Shown: positions 17,820 through 26,257 of the stretch, one piece after another
Layout of the letters: each line of letters begins with the position of its first letter
Position numbering within the stretch: position 1 is the first letter of the stretch
Origin: a virus
Lineage: Duplodnaviria > Caudoviricetes
IMG/VR virus record: IMGVR_UViG_3300030372_001376
Location: 1-26,870 of that record
Reading direction: 5' to 3' (one strand)
Length of the DNA stretch: 26,870 bases
Program-made: the position numbers and the translations under genes
The notes under the pieces: generated by a model
What the model was told of the DNA's origin: nothing
Seen by the model: the letters and a program-made list of their open reading frames with translations, nothing else
The model's database searches: none

Positions 17820-18731
17820 CTAAGATACACTATTTACCTCTTCTAATTTATTAATAGCCTTAAAAATTTCGTAAGCCACTTGAGGCACTATTGCGTTTCC
17901 GTAGGCTTTGATTGATTCCCTTCGCCACTTAGAAAAGGTAATGCCGTCCAATTCTTTGGAAAGCCCATCATTTCCTCTACAAATAGGGGGTTGAGTTGGG
18001 AAGATTTTCCAGTTTGGAATTTGACATAGTTCGGCAGTTGGTTCAAATGATTCTTGTGTCCTGTGTCTCGCGTTAGATGCTCCATAGAATTTGTTCCTTT
18101 TATGTCTCTTGCGCAAGGTGTCGGTATTAGACTTGAATACTTTACTTGACTTAGTAGACTTCCGTACTTCGTTCCGTTTTTGTATCCATTCTTTGCTACC
18201 CTCTGTCTCATTTTTTCGGGCGTTTCGTCTGTCATCACTGTCGTTGGCGTAAGCAATAAACCAAATTCTGTCTCGTCTATGGGGAGCGTTTTTACCGCAA
18301 GCTGGAAGTAAGTACGGTTGGACTTCGTACCCTTCAGCTTCCAAGTCAGCGCACACTTGCTCGAAAACCAAGCCCCCTGACCAATTAAGAAGTCCCCTAA
18401 CATTTTCGCCCACGACGTACTTCGGGGCAACCTCTCGAATAACCCTAAGCATCTCTGGCCAGAGGTGGCGTTCATCTTCTGTTCCTTTTCGTTCTCCTGC
18501 GTTACTGAAGGGTTGACAAGGGAAGCCTCCTGTGATAATATCAATTCGTCCAAAGTAAGTTGTCGCATCAAATGTTTTTATATCGTTATACAATTTTGAG
18601 TTTGGGAAATGGTGTTTTAATATTTTTTGAGCAAATGGTTCGTATTCACAATGAAAGACGTTCTCCCACCCTGCCCATTCAGCAGCTAGGTCAAAACCAC
18701 CAATACCCGAAAATAGTGATCCGTGTGTCAT
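17820..18731 (-). CDS. DNA cytosine-5 methyltransferase, alpha chain
   Basis: Motif I FSGIGG, IV GGFPCQPFS, VI ENV, VIII RRDRIW, X YGNAIVPQV; motif IX not evident in this frame. Confidence 0.92.
   Translation of the reverse strand: MTHGSLFSGIGGFDLAAEWAGWENVFHCEYEPFAQKILKHHFPNSKLYNDIKTFDATTYFGRIDIITGGFPCQPFSNAGERKGTEDERHLWPEMLRVIREVAPKYVVGENVRGLLNWSGGLVFEQVCADLEAEGYEVQPYLLPACGKNAPHRRDRIWFIAYANDSDDRRNARKNETEGSKEWIQKRNEVRKSTKSSKVFKSNTDTLRKRHKRNKFYGASNARHRTQESFEPTAELCQIPNWKIFPTQPPICRGNDGLSKELDGITFSKWRRESIKAYGNAIVPQVAYEIFKAINKLEEVNSVS
17888..18571 (-). CDS. Overlapping alternative-frame beta chain of the C5 methyltransferase
   Basis: Nested same-strand ORF with LLLTPT, LIPTPCARD and motif-IX-like LNPLFVEEMMGFPKNWT; true start uncertain. 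Confidence 0.75.
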   Translation of the reverse strand: MMRQLTLDELILSQEASLVNPSVTQENEKEQKMNATSGQRCLGLFERLPRSTSWAKMLGDFLIGQGAWFSSKCALTWKLKGTKSNRTYFQLAVKTLPIDETEFGLLLTPTTVMTDETPEKMRQRVAKNGYKNGTKYGSLLSQVKYSSLIPTPCARDIKGTNSMEHLTRDTGHKNHLNQLPNYVKFQTGKSSQLNPLFVEEMMGFPKNWTALPFLSGEGNQSKPTETQ

Positions 18732-19129
18732 TCTATTATTCTGCTTTCACACACCATTTCTTCAGGTAGATTATAGTAATACTTGTAAATTTTAGAGTTG
18801 TCCTTAAAATCCGTTGAAGCAGGCTGCTCACTTTTCTGAATACCTAGAGCAACTATGTCGTCTATTCTTTTACTAATATTAAAAATAAAAACGCCTTTTT
18901 TATCCGTCACTACATAAATAAAATACTTGTTTGACTTTTGAGCCTTTTGGAAATTGGTAAACAACTTAGACGCTTCAATCATTTTAGTTGGGTAATAGCT
19001 TCGTCTATTTTTTATTTCTACTATATGCTGTGAGTCCTCAGCGTCGTAAGAGCAGAATTTACCTTTAGCTTTTTTAAGTTTAAGGTCAAACAGCGAGTTT
19101 AATAACCCTCTTGTTTTAGCCTCATTCAT
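18728..19129 (-). CDS. PD-(D/E)XK nuclease-like protein
   Basis: YDAED...IVEIKNR motif. Confidence 0.6.
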   Translation of the reverse strand: MNEAKTRGLLNSLFDLKLKKAKGKFCSYDAEDSQHIVEIKNRRSYYPTKMIEASKLFTNFQKAQKSNKYFIYVVTDKKGVFIFNISKRIDDIVALGIQKSEQPASTDFKDNSKIYKYYYNLPEEMVCESRIIE

Positions 19130-19709
19130 CTGTACCGAATTTCTTTTTAAGCCTAGCTCCTAAGCCGTGACCTTTTTTTTTCGGTAGTGGTGTGTCGTCA
19201 TTAAGAACGTCGGCTAATCTCTTCGCCAGGTTAAGGGGTTCGATTCTCGTTTGGTTCTTTTCAAACCTTTGGTTGCGTTCCTCTTCTCGTAGTCGCTTCA
19301 TTACTTCCGTCCTTACCTCACCTTCGTACTGACGTATAAATTCTAAAATCTCTGCTGACTTCAGACGCTCAAATAGTTTACCAAATTTACCTTGACGCAC
19401 CATATTAAAGCACGCCCTAAGTTCTTCTAGTTTTAGCGTAGGGTGTTCCTCTAGTATGGAGCGACAGCAAAATTGTAGTTCCTCGTCAGAGGATATAGTC
19501 TTGTTTGCGTCTACGTCTTTAATAAGTCTTCCGACCTCAGCCATAATCCAACCCCTAACTATTTCAGGGTTATGTTTTACCGCTAATCTTATATTCGTTC
19601 CTTCCGTCCAAGCCTCTCTAGGCTTCACCATTAGCCCACTATCCGTTATTAACGAAATCGTTGAGGGCATTAGGTGTGAAGTTATCTGAGCTAAATCCTT
19701 TCTTTGCAT
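19122..19709 (-). CDS. Hypothetical replication-associated protein (possible helicase loader)
   Basis: Directly after the initiator; helical, LKLEELRACF..VRQGKFGKLFERL. Confidence 0.45.
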   Translation of the reverse strand: MQRKDLAQITSHLMPSTISLITDSGLMVKPREAWTEGTNIRLAVKHNPEIVRGWIMAEVGRLIKDVDANKTISSDEELQFCCRSILEEHPTLKLEELRACFNMVRQGKFGKLFERLKSAEILEFIRQYEGEVRTEVMKRLREEERNQRFEKNQTRIEPLNLAKRLADVLNDDTPLPKKKGHGLGARLKKKFGTDE

Positions 19710-20271
19710 TTGTGTTTTGTTTATTTCTGCGTTTCCATTGGCGAGCGCAAGCCTTCCAGTCCTTAATGGAGTTACCCCCCTTCACCTTCCAACCTACACT
19801 ATCGTACCAATCTACGAATTTTTGCGCTTCGTCCAAACTTAATTCTAAATCCTTAAAGTATTCCCACACCTCATCAAAACTTTGTGGTCTACCCTTCTTT
19901 GGTTTAGGTACTTGGTTATAGTTATTGTTTATAGTAGTCCTCAGTGGAGTGAGGTTAGCACCCTCAGTGGAGTGAGGTACGCTCCCACACTCTATTGAGG
20001 TAGGCAACCTCATTAGCCTACGGTTAGCTCCATTTATAACTTGACGCTTACGCTCTAGCCTATTCATTTCTACTAAACCACGTATAGCCTTTTCTATTCC
20101 ACTTTCAGAAATGCCTATAAGATTTGCTAAATGCTCATTGCTTACAAAGCACTCCAGTTTGTTTTTAGAAAAGGAATCTACTTCTAATAGAATTATTTTT
20201 TGCGTCCAAGTTATTGCCTTATCTAAATAGAGTTCAGCAGGAATCCATACGCCCTTAAATTGTCTAGCCAT
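19639..20271 (-). CDS. Replication initiator (lambda O-like organisation)
   Basis: N-terminal winged HTH (CFVSNEHLANLIGISESGIEKAIRGL), iteron-bearing linker, C-terminal FVDWYDSVGWK...KDWKACARQW. Confidence 0.75.
   Translation of the reverse strand: MARQFKGVWIPAELYLDKAITWTQKIILLEVDSFSKNKLECFVSNEHLANLIGISESGIEKAIRGLVEMNRLERKRQVINGANRRLMRLPTSIECGSVPHSTEGANLTPLRTTINNNYNQVPKPKKGRPQSFDEVWEYFKDLELSLDEAQKFVDWYDSVGWKVKGGNSIKDWKACARQWKRRNKQNTNAKKGFSSDNFTPNALNDFVNNG
19939..20024. repeat. Iteron-like direct repeats, candidate replication origin
   Basis: CCTCAGTGGAGTGAGGT exact at 19939 and 19962; degenerate copies at 19985 and 20008 (23-bp period); AT-rich flank about 19915-19937. Confidence 0.7.
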
Positions 20272-20359
20272 AAAATAAGTGTGTTATCATTAGAGCTGCT
20301 AAAAATACAATTAAAATCGTAACCATCTTGTACTGTGTAGTATCAGGGTTTTGAATCAT
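20264..20359 (-). CDS. Possible 31-aa single-TM peptide
   Basis: MIQNPDTTQYKMVTILIVFLAALMITHLFYG; ATGA overlap with the upstream gene, ends over the initiator start. Confidence 0.4.
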   Translation of the reverse strand: MIQNPDTTQYKMVTILIVFLAALMITHLFYG

Positions 20360-20583
20360 AACTCCCGAATACTTTTAACGTCCTCCATACGAACCTTAAT
20401 CATTTCAATAATTTGATCCGTAGGCTCACCACTCCATTTTTGAAGCTCAGGCAAGTACATAAAAAATTGTCGAGGGTTAGAGTTATACCATCTATTGACG
20501 GTATTTTTCCCTAGCCCTAACGCATCGTTAAGCCTTGCGTGAGTTCCAAAGTGAACTTTAATAAATGCTCCCATTGACTTCAT
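20356..20583 (-). CDS. Cro-like HTH protein
   Basis: FGTHARLNDALGLGKNTVNRWY helix-turn-helix pattern. Confidence 0.6.
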   Translation of the reverse strand: MKSMGAFIKVHFGTHARLNDALGLGKNTVNRWYNSNPRQFFMYLPELQKWSGEPTDQIIEMIKVRMEDVKSIREL

Positions 20584-20806
20584 CTGCTAGTTCTTTTTTA
20601 GTTCTTAAAATTTCTGTTGCGTAACGCTTTACTCTACTAAAGTAAGCGTCCGTAGGCTCGTGGTCTAGTGCGCCAGTTGCTTTAAGCGCACACTCCATAG
20701 CCCATTCTATATCTCTACCATTAACAGCCATATATACCGCATCGTTGTAAAGTTGTTCTAATTTTACCTCTTGTTCGTCTACGAACTTTTGACCCATCTT
20801 ACTCAT
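20558..20806 (-). CDS. Hypothetical protein
   Basis: 82 aa ORF in the early operon. Confidence 0.6.
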   Translation of the reverse strand: MSKMGQKFVDEQEVKLEQLYNDAVYMAVNGRDIEWAMECALKATGALDHEPTDAYFSRVKRYATEILRTKKELADEVNGSIY

Positions 20807-20808
20807 AG

Positions 20809-21333
20809 TTAAAAAGGTAAATCGTTATCAGTAGGAGCAGGTATTTCCATATCCTGAGCAGCTTCAGCAGCGTTAATATCTTCCTTAGTCCAACCAGCAG
20901 GTTTTACACCTTTGAACTGGTCGTAAGGGTTTTCTACTAACCTGTCACGCATAAGCAAAAGCTGTCTAGCGTAACTCTCTACGTTGTCTAAATCTTTCAA
21001 AGATCCTAAACCGACTACTGCTGTATTTACAGCCCACGACGCTTCGATACGTTTAGTAGTTTCGTCTTTATATACAGGTACTCTTTCAGGGTTTCCAGTA
21101 CACCAACCTTCGGTACGCCTTCTTACAGCACCCCAAGTAAATCCGTCGTCTTTACGTCCACGCTCTTCTACGACTACCTCGTCACCTGACTTAAACGGTG
21201 GCTCTTGAGTTTTGTGATTTGCGCTAATTGTTGAGCCGTCCTGAAACGTGTACTCAAATCTGTATAACAAACCCTTTGGGCTGTCATACGTTCCTGCGCC
21301 TTGAACTGACGCTACTTTTCTTAATGTTTCCAT
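20809..21333 (-). CDS. Putative single-stranded DNA-binding protein
   Basis: Beta-rich N-terminus and SSB-type acidic tail DNDLPF. Confidence 0.55.
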   Translation of the reverse strand: METLRKVASVQGAGTYDSPKGLLYRFEYTFQDGSTISANHKTQEPPFKSGDEVVVEERGRKDDGFTWGAVRRRTEGWCTGNPERVPVYKDETTKRIEASWAVNTAVVGLGSLKDLDNVESYARQLLLMRDRLVENPYDQFKGVKPAGWTKEDINAAEAAQDMEIPAPTDNDLPF

Positions 21334-21344
21334 TTGTTTATTGT

Positions 21345-21791
21345 TTAATAATTATTCAAAGATTTGCATTTTATTTCTAATAACCTACCCACTCTAGGGA
21401 GTTTTTTTCCATACCTATAAGCTATCCAATTTTTATACTCTTCTTTAGATAGCAGATCGTCATTTACTATTTCGTCTATAGGCACGCATTGTAAACAATA
21501 TTGTAAAGACCAATGGTTACGGCAACCTATATTACCCCAATATGTAACGTCTCCAATGTTTTTTTTATGCTTACCACTATTGCAATAATACTTTATAAAA
21601 TCTATTGCACAGCCCCAACCAACCCACTCACCATCTATTCTAGCTGTTATTACTTTATCGTAGTTTTTAACCAACTCAATGTCAGTTAGTCCAGTAGTCC
21701 TTAGAACGCTACCACCTATCTCGACACGCTCACCTTCTATTGTTTGAGGGTTAGCAGCGTAGTATTCGTTTACGTCTTTATAAATTTGCAT
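21345..21791 (-). CDS. Hypothetical protein
   Basis: 148 aa, Cys/Trp/Tyr-rich, AT-rich DNA. Confidence 0.6.
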   Translation of the reverse strand: MQIYKDVNEYYAANPQTIEGERVEIGGSVLRTTGLTDIELVKNYDKVITARIDGEWVGWGCAIDFIKYYCNSGKHKKNIGDVTYWGNIGCRNHWSLQYCLQCVPIDEIVNDDLLSKEEYKNWIAYRYGKKLPRVGRLLEIKCKSLNNY

Positions 21792-21966
21792 AGTATTCTT
21801 TTTCAGTAAAAATATCTCCTATAACGTAACCCATTTCTGAAAGCTCGTCAAGGTAGTTTTCTAACTCTTGTTCTGTATCAACTTCCTTCCAGTAAGTCCA
21901 ATGAAATCTGTCAGGGTATTCAGCTATATGAACTACAATACAAAACTTGTTTGGGTATTCAGTCAT
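21778..21966 (-). CDS. Hypothetical acidic early protein
   Basis: 62 aa with A-rich leader. Confidence 0.6.
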   Translation of the reverse strand: MTEYPNKFCIVVHIAEYPDRFHWTYWKEVDTEQELENYLDELSEMGYVIGDIFTEKEYYANL

Positions 21967-21976
21967 TTTATTAAAT

Positions 21977-22000
21977 AAAAAAAGAGGGCGTAAACCCTCT
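21977..22000 (-). terminator. Intrinsic terminator after the first early gene
   Basis: AGAGGG-TTTACG-CCCTCT followed by a T run. Confidence 0.7.
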
Positions 22001-22006
22001 AATTAA

Positions 22007-22174
22007 TTACGAATCTAAACCTAAGTCTATTCCGTAAAAGTTTGCTACTGTTTTTAGTAGTATTTCGGTATAGTACTTTTTGTCGGTTGTCATTTCTTCG
22101 ACGAAGCCGTTAGCGTGTAGGTAATCTATTGCTTCAAAGGCTTCTTTTTTTGTAACTGAGTTTAACTTTTCCAT
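22007..22174 (-). CDS. First early gene, 55 aa hypothetical (not in the ORF track)
   Basis: MEKLNSVTKKEAFEAIDYLHANGFVEEMTTDKKYYTEILLKTVANFYGIDLGLDS; between promoter and terminator. Confidence 0.7.
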   Translation of the reverse strand: MEKLNSVTKKEAFEAIDYLHANGFVEEMTTDKKYYTEILLKTVANFYGIDLGLDS

Positions 22175-22198
22175 TGTGTTTTATTTATTTATTTGACA

Positions 22199-22230
22199 CA
22201 AATATATGGTATTTAATCTAATAAAACAAA
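22199..22230 (-). promoter_or_regulatory. Bacteroidota housekeeping-sigma promoter
   Basis: -33 TTTG (22230-22227), 20-nt spacer, -7 TATATTTG (22206-22199) matching TAnnTTTG. Confidence 0.8.
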
Positions 22231-22237
22231 TTTACAC

Positions 22238-22273
22238 AAAAAAAAGGGAGAGACTACGTTTAGTCTACTCCCT
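22238..22273 (-). terminator. Intrinsic terminator ending the portal-lysis operon
   Basis: GGGAG(T)AGACTA-AACG-TAGTCTCTCCC followed by T8. Confidence 0.85.
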
Positions 22274-22319
22274 AATTCCGTTAGCCCATTAAGCTAAACC
22301 AGAAGGTTATGTAAATATA

Positions 22320-22538
22320 CTAATCTTTTTCTAAAAAAGAAAGGCATAAAGGTAAAACTCCTATAAAGCATAATACTACGCCCTGCCAAGTTATTGATCC
22401 TGCCATAGCCGTCAAAGCGTAAGTAACTATAACACCCCCTATAGTTCGTTTAGAACTCCAACGCTTTAAGTCGCCTTTACCCTTAAATACTTCAGTAAGG
22501 TCAAACTTACTGAGCATAGATATTATTTGTTTTTGCAC
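22320..22538 (-). CDS. Small membrane protein, holin candidate
   Basis: Two hydrophobic segments after WSSKRTIGG; in the lysis block. Confidence 0.55.
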   Translation of the reverse strand: MQKQIISMLSKFDLTEVFKGKGDLKRWSSKRTIGGVIVTYALTAMAGSITWQGVVLCFIGVLPLCLSFLEKD

Positions 22539-22714
22539 TCTTCTTTACAGTCTTTGCTAGTAGTATTTTTACCTAATACAACAGCGTTAAAAATTCTAGT
22601 TATTACGTCTAAGATTGCGTCGTCAGTCTTAGTTGCTGTTAAAGCTGTGTACGTACCTAAAAGTGTTATTAGGGCAAGCGTCAGCTCTACCCAATTTTCT
22701 ATTAAAAATTCCAT
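22523..22714 (-). CDS. Small membrane protein, holin candidate
   Basis: N-terminal TM followed by TATKTDD; next to the endolysin. Confidence 0.55.
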   Translation of the reverse strand: MEFLIENWVELTLALITLLGTYTALTATKTDDAILDVITRIFNAVVLGKNTTSKDCKEECKNK

Positions 22715-22720
22715 ATTTTA

Positions 22721-23080
22721 TTATTTATAAGTCCAAATTAAATTTTGTGGTTTATCAAAGTCCATATCGCAATGAATGAAATCAGGTGATATTCCCACTC
22801 TTGTTATTCCTGCTTTTATTAAAGATGATACAATTAAAAAACGTCTTGCGCTATCTTCACAGGAAATGTCACACGCTACAAATTTTGTGTGAGAGCTACC
22901 AGGTACACCACCTACATTTTTATTGTGTTCGGGGCATCTATAGCCACTCGTTATTCTAAAGGGTGTTGAAGCTATATGTCTAGCCTCGTCAAGTAAGTCT
23001 AAAAAGTTCTTATCCATTTTGTCACCTTGACCTGCTATCGGACAATCAAACTCGCTAGTATCAAAGTATCTCAGTTTCAC
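22721..23080 (-). CDS. Endolysin, peptidase M15A family
   Basis: ITSGYRC..HN..VGG...SSH....ACDI...FIHCD zinc-peptidase motifs. Confidence 0.9.
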   Translation of the reverse strand: MKLRYFDTSEFDCPIAGQGDKMDKNFLDLLDEARHIASTPFRITSGYRCPEHNKNVGGVPGSSHTKFVACDISCEDSARRFLIVSSLIKAGITRVGISPDFIHCDMDFDKPQNLIWTYK

Positions 23081-23280
23081 TTAATACCTTGTTCAGCTAA
23101 TAGTAATTTAATTTCCTGCATACCTTCACACAGCTTGCTTAGTAAATCTTTAACTTCCGTTTCGTGCTTTTCTAAGGATATTACTCTAGCTGTTAAAATA
23201 GTGTAGTCCCTTTGGAATTTGAATATCGTACCTAGTAAACCGACAAACAAAAGTAGTAATTCGTATTGTGTTAAATCCAT
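23077..23280 (-). CDS. Small TM plus coiled-coil protein (lysis accessory candidate)
   Basis: Likely start MDLTQYELLLLFVGLLG at 23280 (TAATG coupling). Confidence 0.55.
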   Translation of the reverse strand: MDLTQYELLLLFVGLLGTIFKFQRDYTILTARVISLEKHETEVKDLLSKLCEGMQEIKLLLAEQGIK

Positions 23281-23831
23281 TAGATTTTTACTATTTGATA
23301 AGTGATATAAATATCCATAGCCCACCCTCCGTCAAAATTGTCATTAGCCCAAACGGATAAAGCTAAGTTGTCAATACTTGAGTCTGCCGAACTCCTTGTA
23401 CTGCCTGAGCCTGCTTCGCCAGTTAGTGTTCTGACATTACCACTTGCGAGTCCGTCCATAAAGTAAGCATATTCAACCCAAAAGTCATCTGTTTGGTCTA
23501 CGTCATAACCAATATACAAAGCCTTTCTATTACTTTGAGTCGCACCTGCGCCTGTCGCAATAATTGTTACCGTTAGTGGCACGACCATAAACCCCGAACC
23601 TGGAGCAGCTACTAAAACCTGAAACTCTCCTGAAGTGCCACCATCGTCCAAATCAGTTACTTGTGAATTGTTTAGACTTATTTTATCAGTCTGAATAATA
23701 TATTTATTTTGTACTTTTTTGCTAGTACCTGCTGCGCCTCCTGAAGTGTCGCTTACGTCTACTACGGTATGCAAATCACCCGAAGCAGGGTTATTAGCTA
23801 AAGCTGCTAAGTCTGTGAGTTTTGTTGCCAT
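23280..23831 (-). CDS. Virion structural protein (fibre/decoration-like)
   Basis: KLTDL...DLHTVVDVSDTS...GTSKKV N-terminal motif and beta-rich C-terminal domain. Confidence 0.55.
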   Translation of the reverse strand: MATKLTDLAALANNPASGDLHTVVDVSDTSGGAAGTSKKVQNKYIIQTDKISLNNSQVTDLDDGGTSGEFQVLVAAPGSGFMVVPLTVTIIATGAGATQSNRKALYIGYDVDQTDDFWVEYAYFMDGLASGNVRTLTGEAGSGSTRSSADSSIDNLALSVWANDNFDGGWAMDIYITYQIVKI

Positions 23832-23864
23832 CTTTTTATATACGCCTCAAGTTTGGCGTGGTTT

Positions 23865-24440
23865 TTAAGCGTTAAAATATTTGATACCGAGCGCACCTGC
23901 GAGTGCTTTGAGTTGGTTGTCGTCGGTAACTTTCGGATATACGTTGAGTCCTCCAAAGTAATTGCGTTGAGAAGGTGCTAAGTCTGCACCTGTATTTTGA
24001 GAATATTGAGGTAGCCCTGCCGTATTGTTCTGAATGAAATCAATCATACGTTCACGATAAAACATTGCTATTTCGTTTGACCTAGTTACAACCTCCTTTA
24101 TGTCCGTTATAGTAGCAGGTGAACCTTGTTCTGACGAAGGCACACTTACAGAGTTATTTGCAAAACGCAAGCGCACTACGTAGGCTACTTCACAAAATGC
24201 AAATTGAACTAAAGCAGGTTGTATGTAATCTTCTACTAAGGTCTTATAGTCTCCTGTAAATGCCGAGCTTGTTTGTATTTGAGTTTTCAAATAGTTGTCA
24301 AGCTCCGTACCCAAAGCAGGTAAAATCCACCTATCCTGAGCTATGTTAATATAAGGAGTCAGTAGATTGTCGTCTACTGTTGATCCGAGAGCCGTGTCTC
24401 GTTTTAGCTTACTAGCTGAAATGTATAAAGTTGTAGCCAT
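23865..24440 (-). CDS. Head-tail adaptor protein
   Basis: After portal; INIAQDRWILPALGTELD, LVEDYIQPAL motifs. Confidence 0.7.
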   Translation of the reverse strand: MATTLYISASKLKRDTALGSTVDDNLLTPYINIAQDRWILPALGTELDNYLKTQIQTSSAFTGDYKTLVEDYIQPALVQFAFCEVAYVVRLRFANNSVSVPSSEQGSPATITDIKEVVTRSNEIAMFYRERMIDFIQNNTAGLPQYSQNTGADLAPSQRNYFGGLNVYPKVTDDNQLKALAGALGIKYFNA

Positions 24441-26257
24441 TAGTTTACAGGGTTAGGGTATTTTAGTGAGCCTCGTCCTGGCATATCTATAGGAGCTTCA
24501 GTTTCGTACCCCTCGTCAATTACATAAGGATTATCTCCTACACTACGCATAACAGAATCGAAGTCCCCTTGAATTTCTACCATTTGGTCTTCGCTAAATT
24601 CTGCTATCTCACCATCGGGAGCGTAGATAAATATATTTCTCTTAAAGGCGTGTCTGCAAAAGCAACCACCCTTCCATTTTAGAATATCGTACTCATTTTG
24701 ACCACTTGGTGCAAATTGACCATTTACTCCGTCTTCGCTCATTTCAGCAATATCCTCGTATCTATACATAGCACCACCGTTAGATAAATCCATCATAGCT
24801 ACGCAAAAGTCTCTGCTCTCATAGTTAGGGTTTTCTGGTGGTGTTTTAGCGTTTTCCATATAGCTATAACGAACGGCGAATAAATATCCTTTAGGGCTAA
24901 TTACGTCGTAGTCGGAATCCATATCATAGTTAGCATAAGACTGCCTGTCAAAAGCTCGGTGCATTTTTTTGAACGAGTGAAAGAATTTGTCTTTGCCTAC
25001 GTCCTTAACCTCTTCCTCTTTCCATAGTTGCCAACCTGCACCCATAGGTGAGTGCTTGTCAGCTAAACGCTCCAACCAATACTCTGACGCTTCTTTAGGT
25101 ATCTTTTTAGGGGCTTCAGAAAAATACGTCTTTTCTCTTACCTCTTCTATTATCTCTTCCTGTTCTTCTAAGAAAGACGCAGGTACTAATTTCTTAAACT
25201 CAAGAGGTATCGTAATAGAGCTTGCAGCTAGGATAGGTCTTAGTCCGTCTATAAATAAATCCTGCATAGGTTTAATTACAGTACGAGTAAATAAATCGTA
25301 GCCGTCTCTCATTTCGTCAGCGTTTGATCCAAAACCTCCACCCTCGTTTCTGACACCAAATAATAAAGGTGTAGTTACTCTATGCCCTGAGAGTATTTTT
25401 GTCTGCACCTCTTTAGAAAGGAAGTCGTAGGTCTTGTGAGCTTCAGATAAATTAAGAGCCTCTATTTGTGGTGCGCTTTCAGGCTCACTAGAAAAGGTCA
25501 TTAGAATTTTACCTGCGTTAGAAGCCCCTCCAAACTTGTTATAGATTAAACGCTCTAGCTCTGCACGCTCTTCCTGTGTAGGCACTCCGTCTCTGAAGTT
25601 AATCATACACGAAGGGAAAAGTCCGTTAGTGATATTAGACTTGTGGTAAGCTGAGAGGTCTGAGTCTACCTGGATATAGTTTGTAGACGAAAGGTAATCG
25701 GGTAAGCCATAGTAAAAACTAAGTGGGCTATAAAGTTTAATATGTAGTAGCTGACTGGCTGCTGTCCTATCTGCTACATTAAATGCAGGTATAGGGTTAG
25801 GCTCTTTATTTGAATACCAGTCAGTCGAGTGGTAAAAAAGCTGTACGTTGTCTTCGTCGTCAGCTACAGCGCATCGGATAGTAGACGCAGGTATATGGTG
25901 AACTTCAGAAATGGTAGACCTGTCCTGCGACCAAATTACATTTAGGTAGCATTGACCGTATAGTTTAAGGTCAAAGGTTGCACGGCGCAAACAATCTCCA
26001 CTACCAAAAATTTGCTTTACTTTTAACCATTGCTCAACGTGAGAGTCTTTGAACTCCGACTCTAGCCCCTCTCCGTAAATCATTTCAGCGCAACCCTTTA
26101 CTATAGCACCGTGAATAGAGCTTGAAGCGAATAGCTGCTCTAAATAGTGTGGGTAGTGGTTGTCAGCACCCATCTCAATAAACTTCTTATTGTTCGACTC
26201 AACGAAGTGAGGCGTGTTTGTGCTTTGGTAATTAAGTACCGATAATTTTTGTTGCAT
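24440..26257 (-). CDS. Portal protein with C-terminal extension
   Basis: GADNHYPHYL, YYGLPDY, NGLFPS, FGGASNAGK, ILSGHRVTTPLLFG; likely start ATG 26257 (TAATG coupling). Confidence 0.88.
   Translation of the reverse strand: MQQKLSVLNYQSTNTPHFVESNNKKFIEMGADNHYPHYLEQLFASSSIHGAIVKGCAEMIYGEGLESEFKDSHVEQWLKVKQIFGSGDCLRRATFDLKLYGQCYLNVIWSQDRSTISEVHHIPASTIRCAVADDEDNVQLFYHSTDWYSNKEPNPIPAFNVADRTAASQLLHIKLYSPLSFYYGLPDYLSSTNYIQVDSDLSAYHKSNITNGLFPSCMINFRDGVPTQEERAELERLIYNKFGGASNAGKILMTFSSEPESAPQIEALNLSEAHKTYDFLSKEVQTKILSGHRVTTPLLFGVRNEGGGFGSNADEMRDGYDLFTRTVIKPMQDLFIDGLRPILAASSITIPLEFKKLVPASFLEEQEEIIEEVREKTYFSEAPKKIPKEASEYWLERLADKHSPMGAGWQLWKEEEVKDVGKDKFFHSFKKMHRAFDRQSYANYDMDSDYDVISPKGYLFAVRYSYMENAKTPPENPNYESRDFCVAMMDLSNGGAMYRYEDIAEMSEDGVNGQFAPSGQNEYDILKWKGGCFCRHAFKRNIFIYAPDGEIAEFSEDQMVEIQGDFDSVMRSVGDNPYVIDEGYETEAPIDMPGRGSLKYPNPVN

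Noticed and set aside
19939-20024. Possible mini CRISPR array
   Set aside because: 17-bp repeats with 6-bp spacers inside a coding region; fits iterons, no cas genes
1685-25301. Other plus-strand ORFs in the track (e.g. 7211-7825, 8396-8674, 24987-25301)
   Set aside because: All lie antisense to well-supported minus-strand genes and show no motifs or promoters
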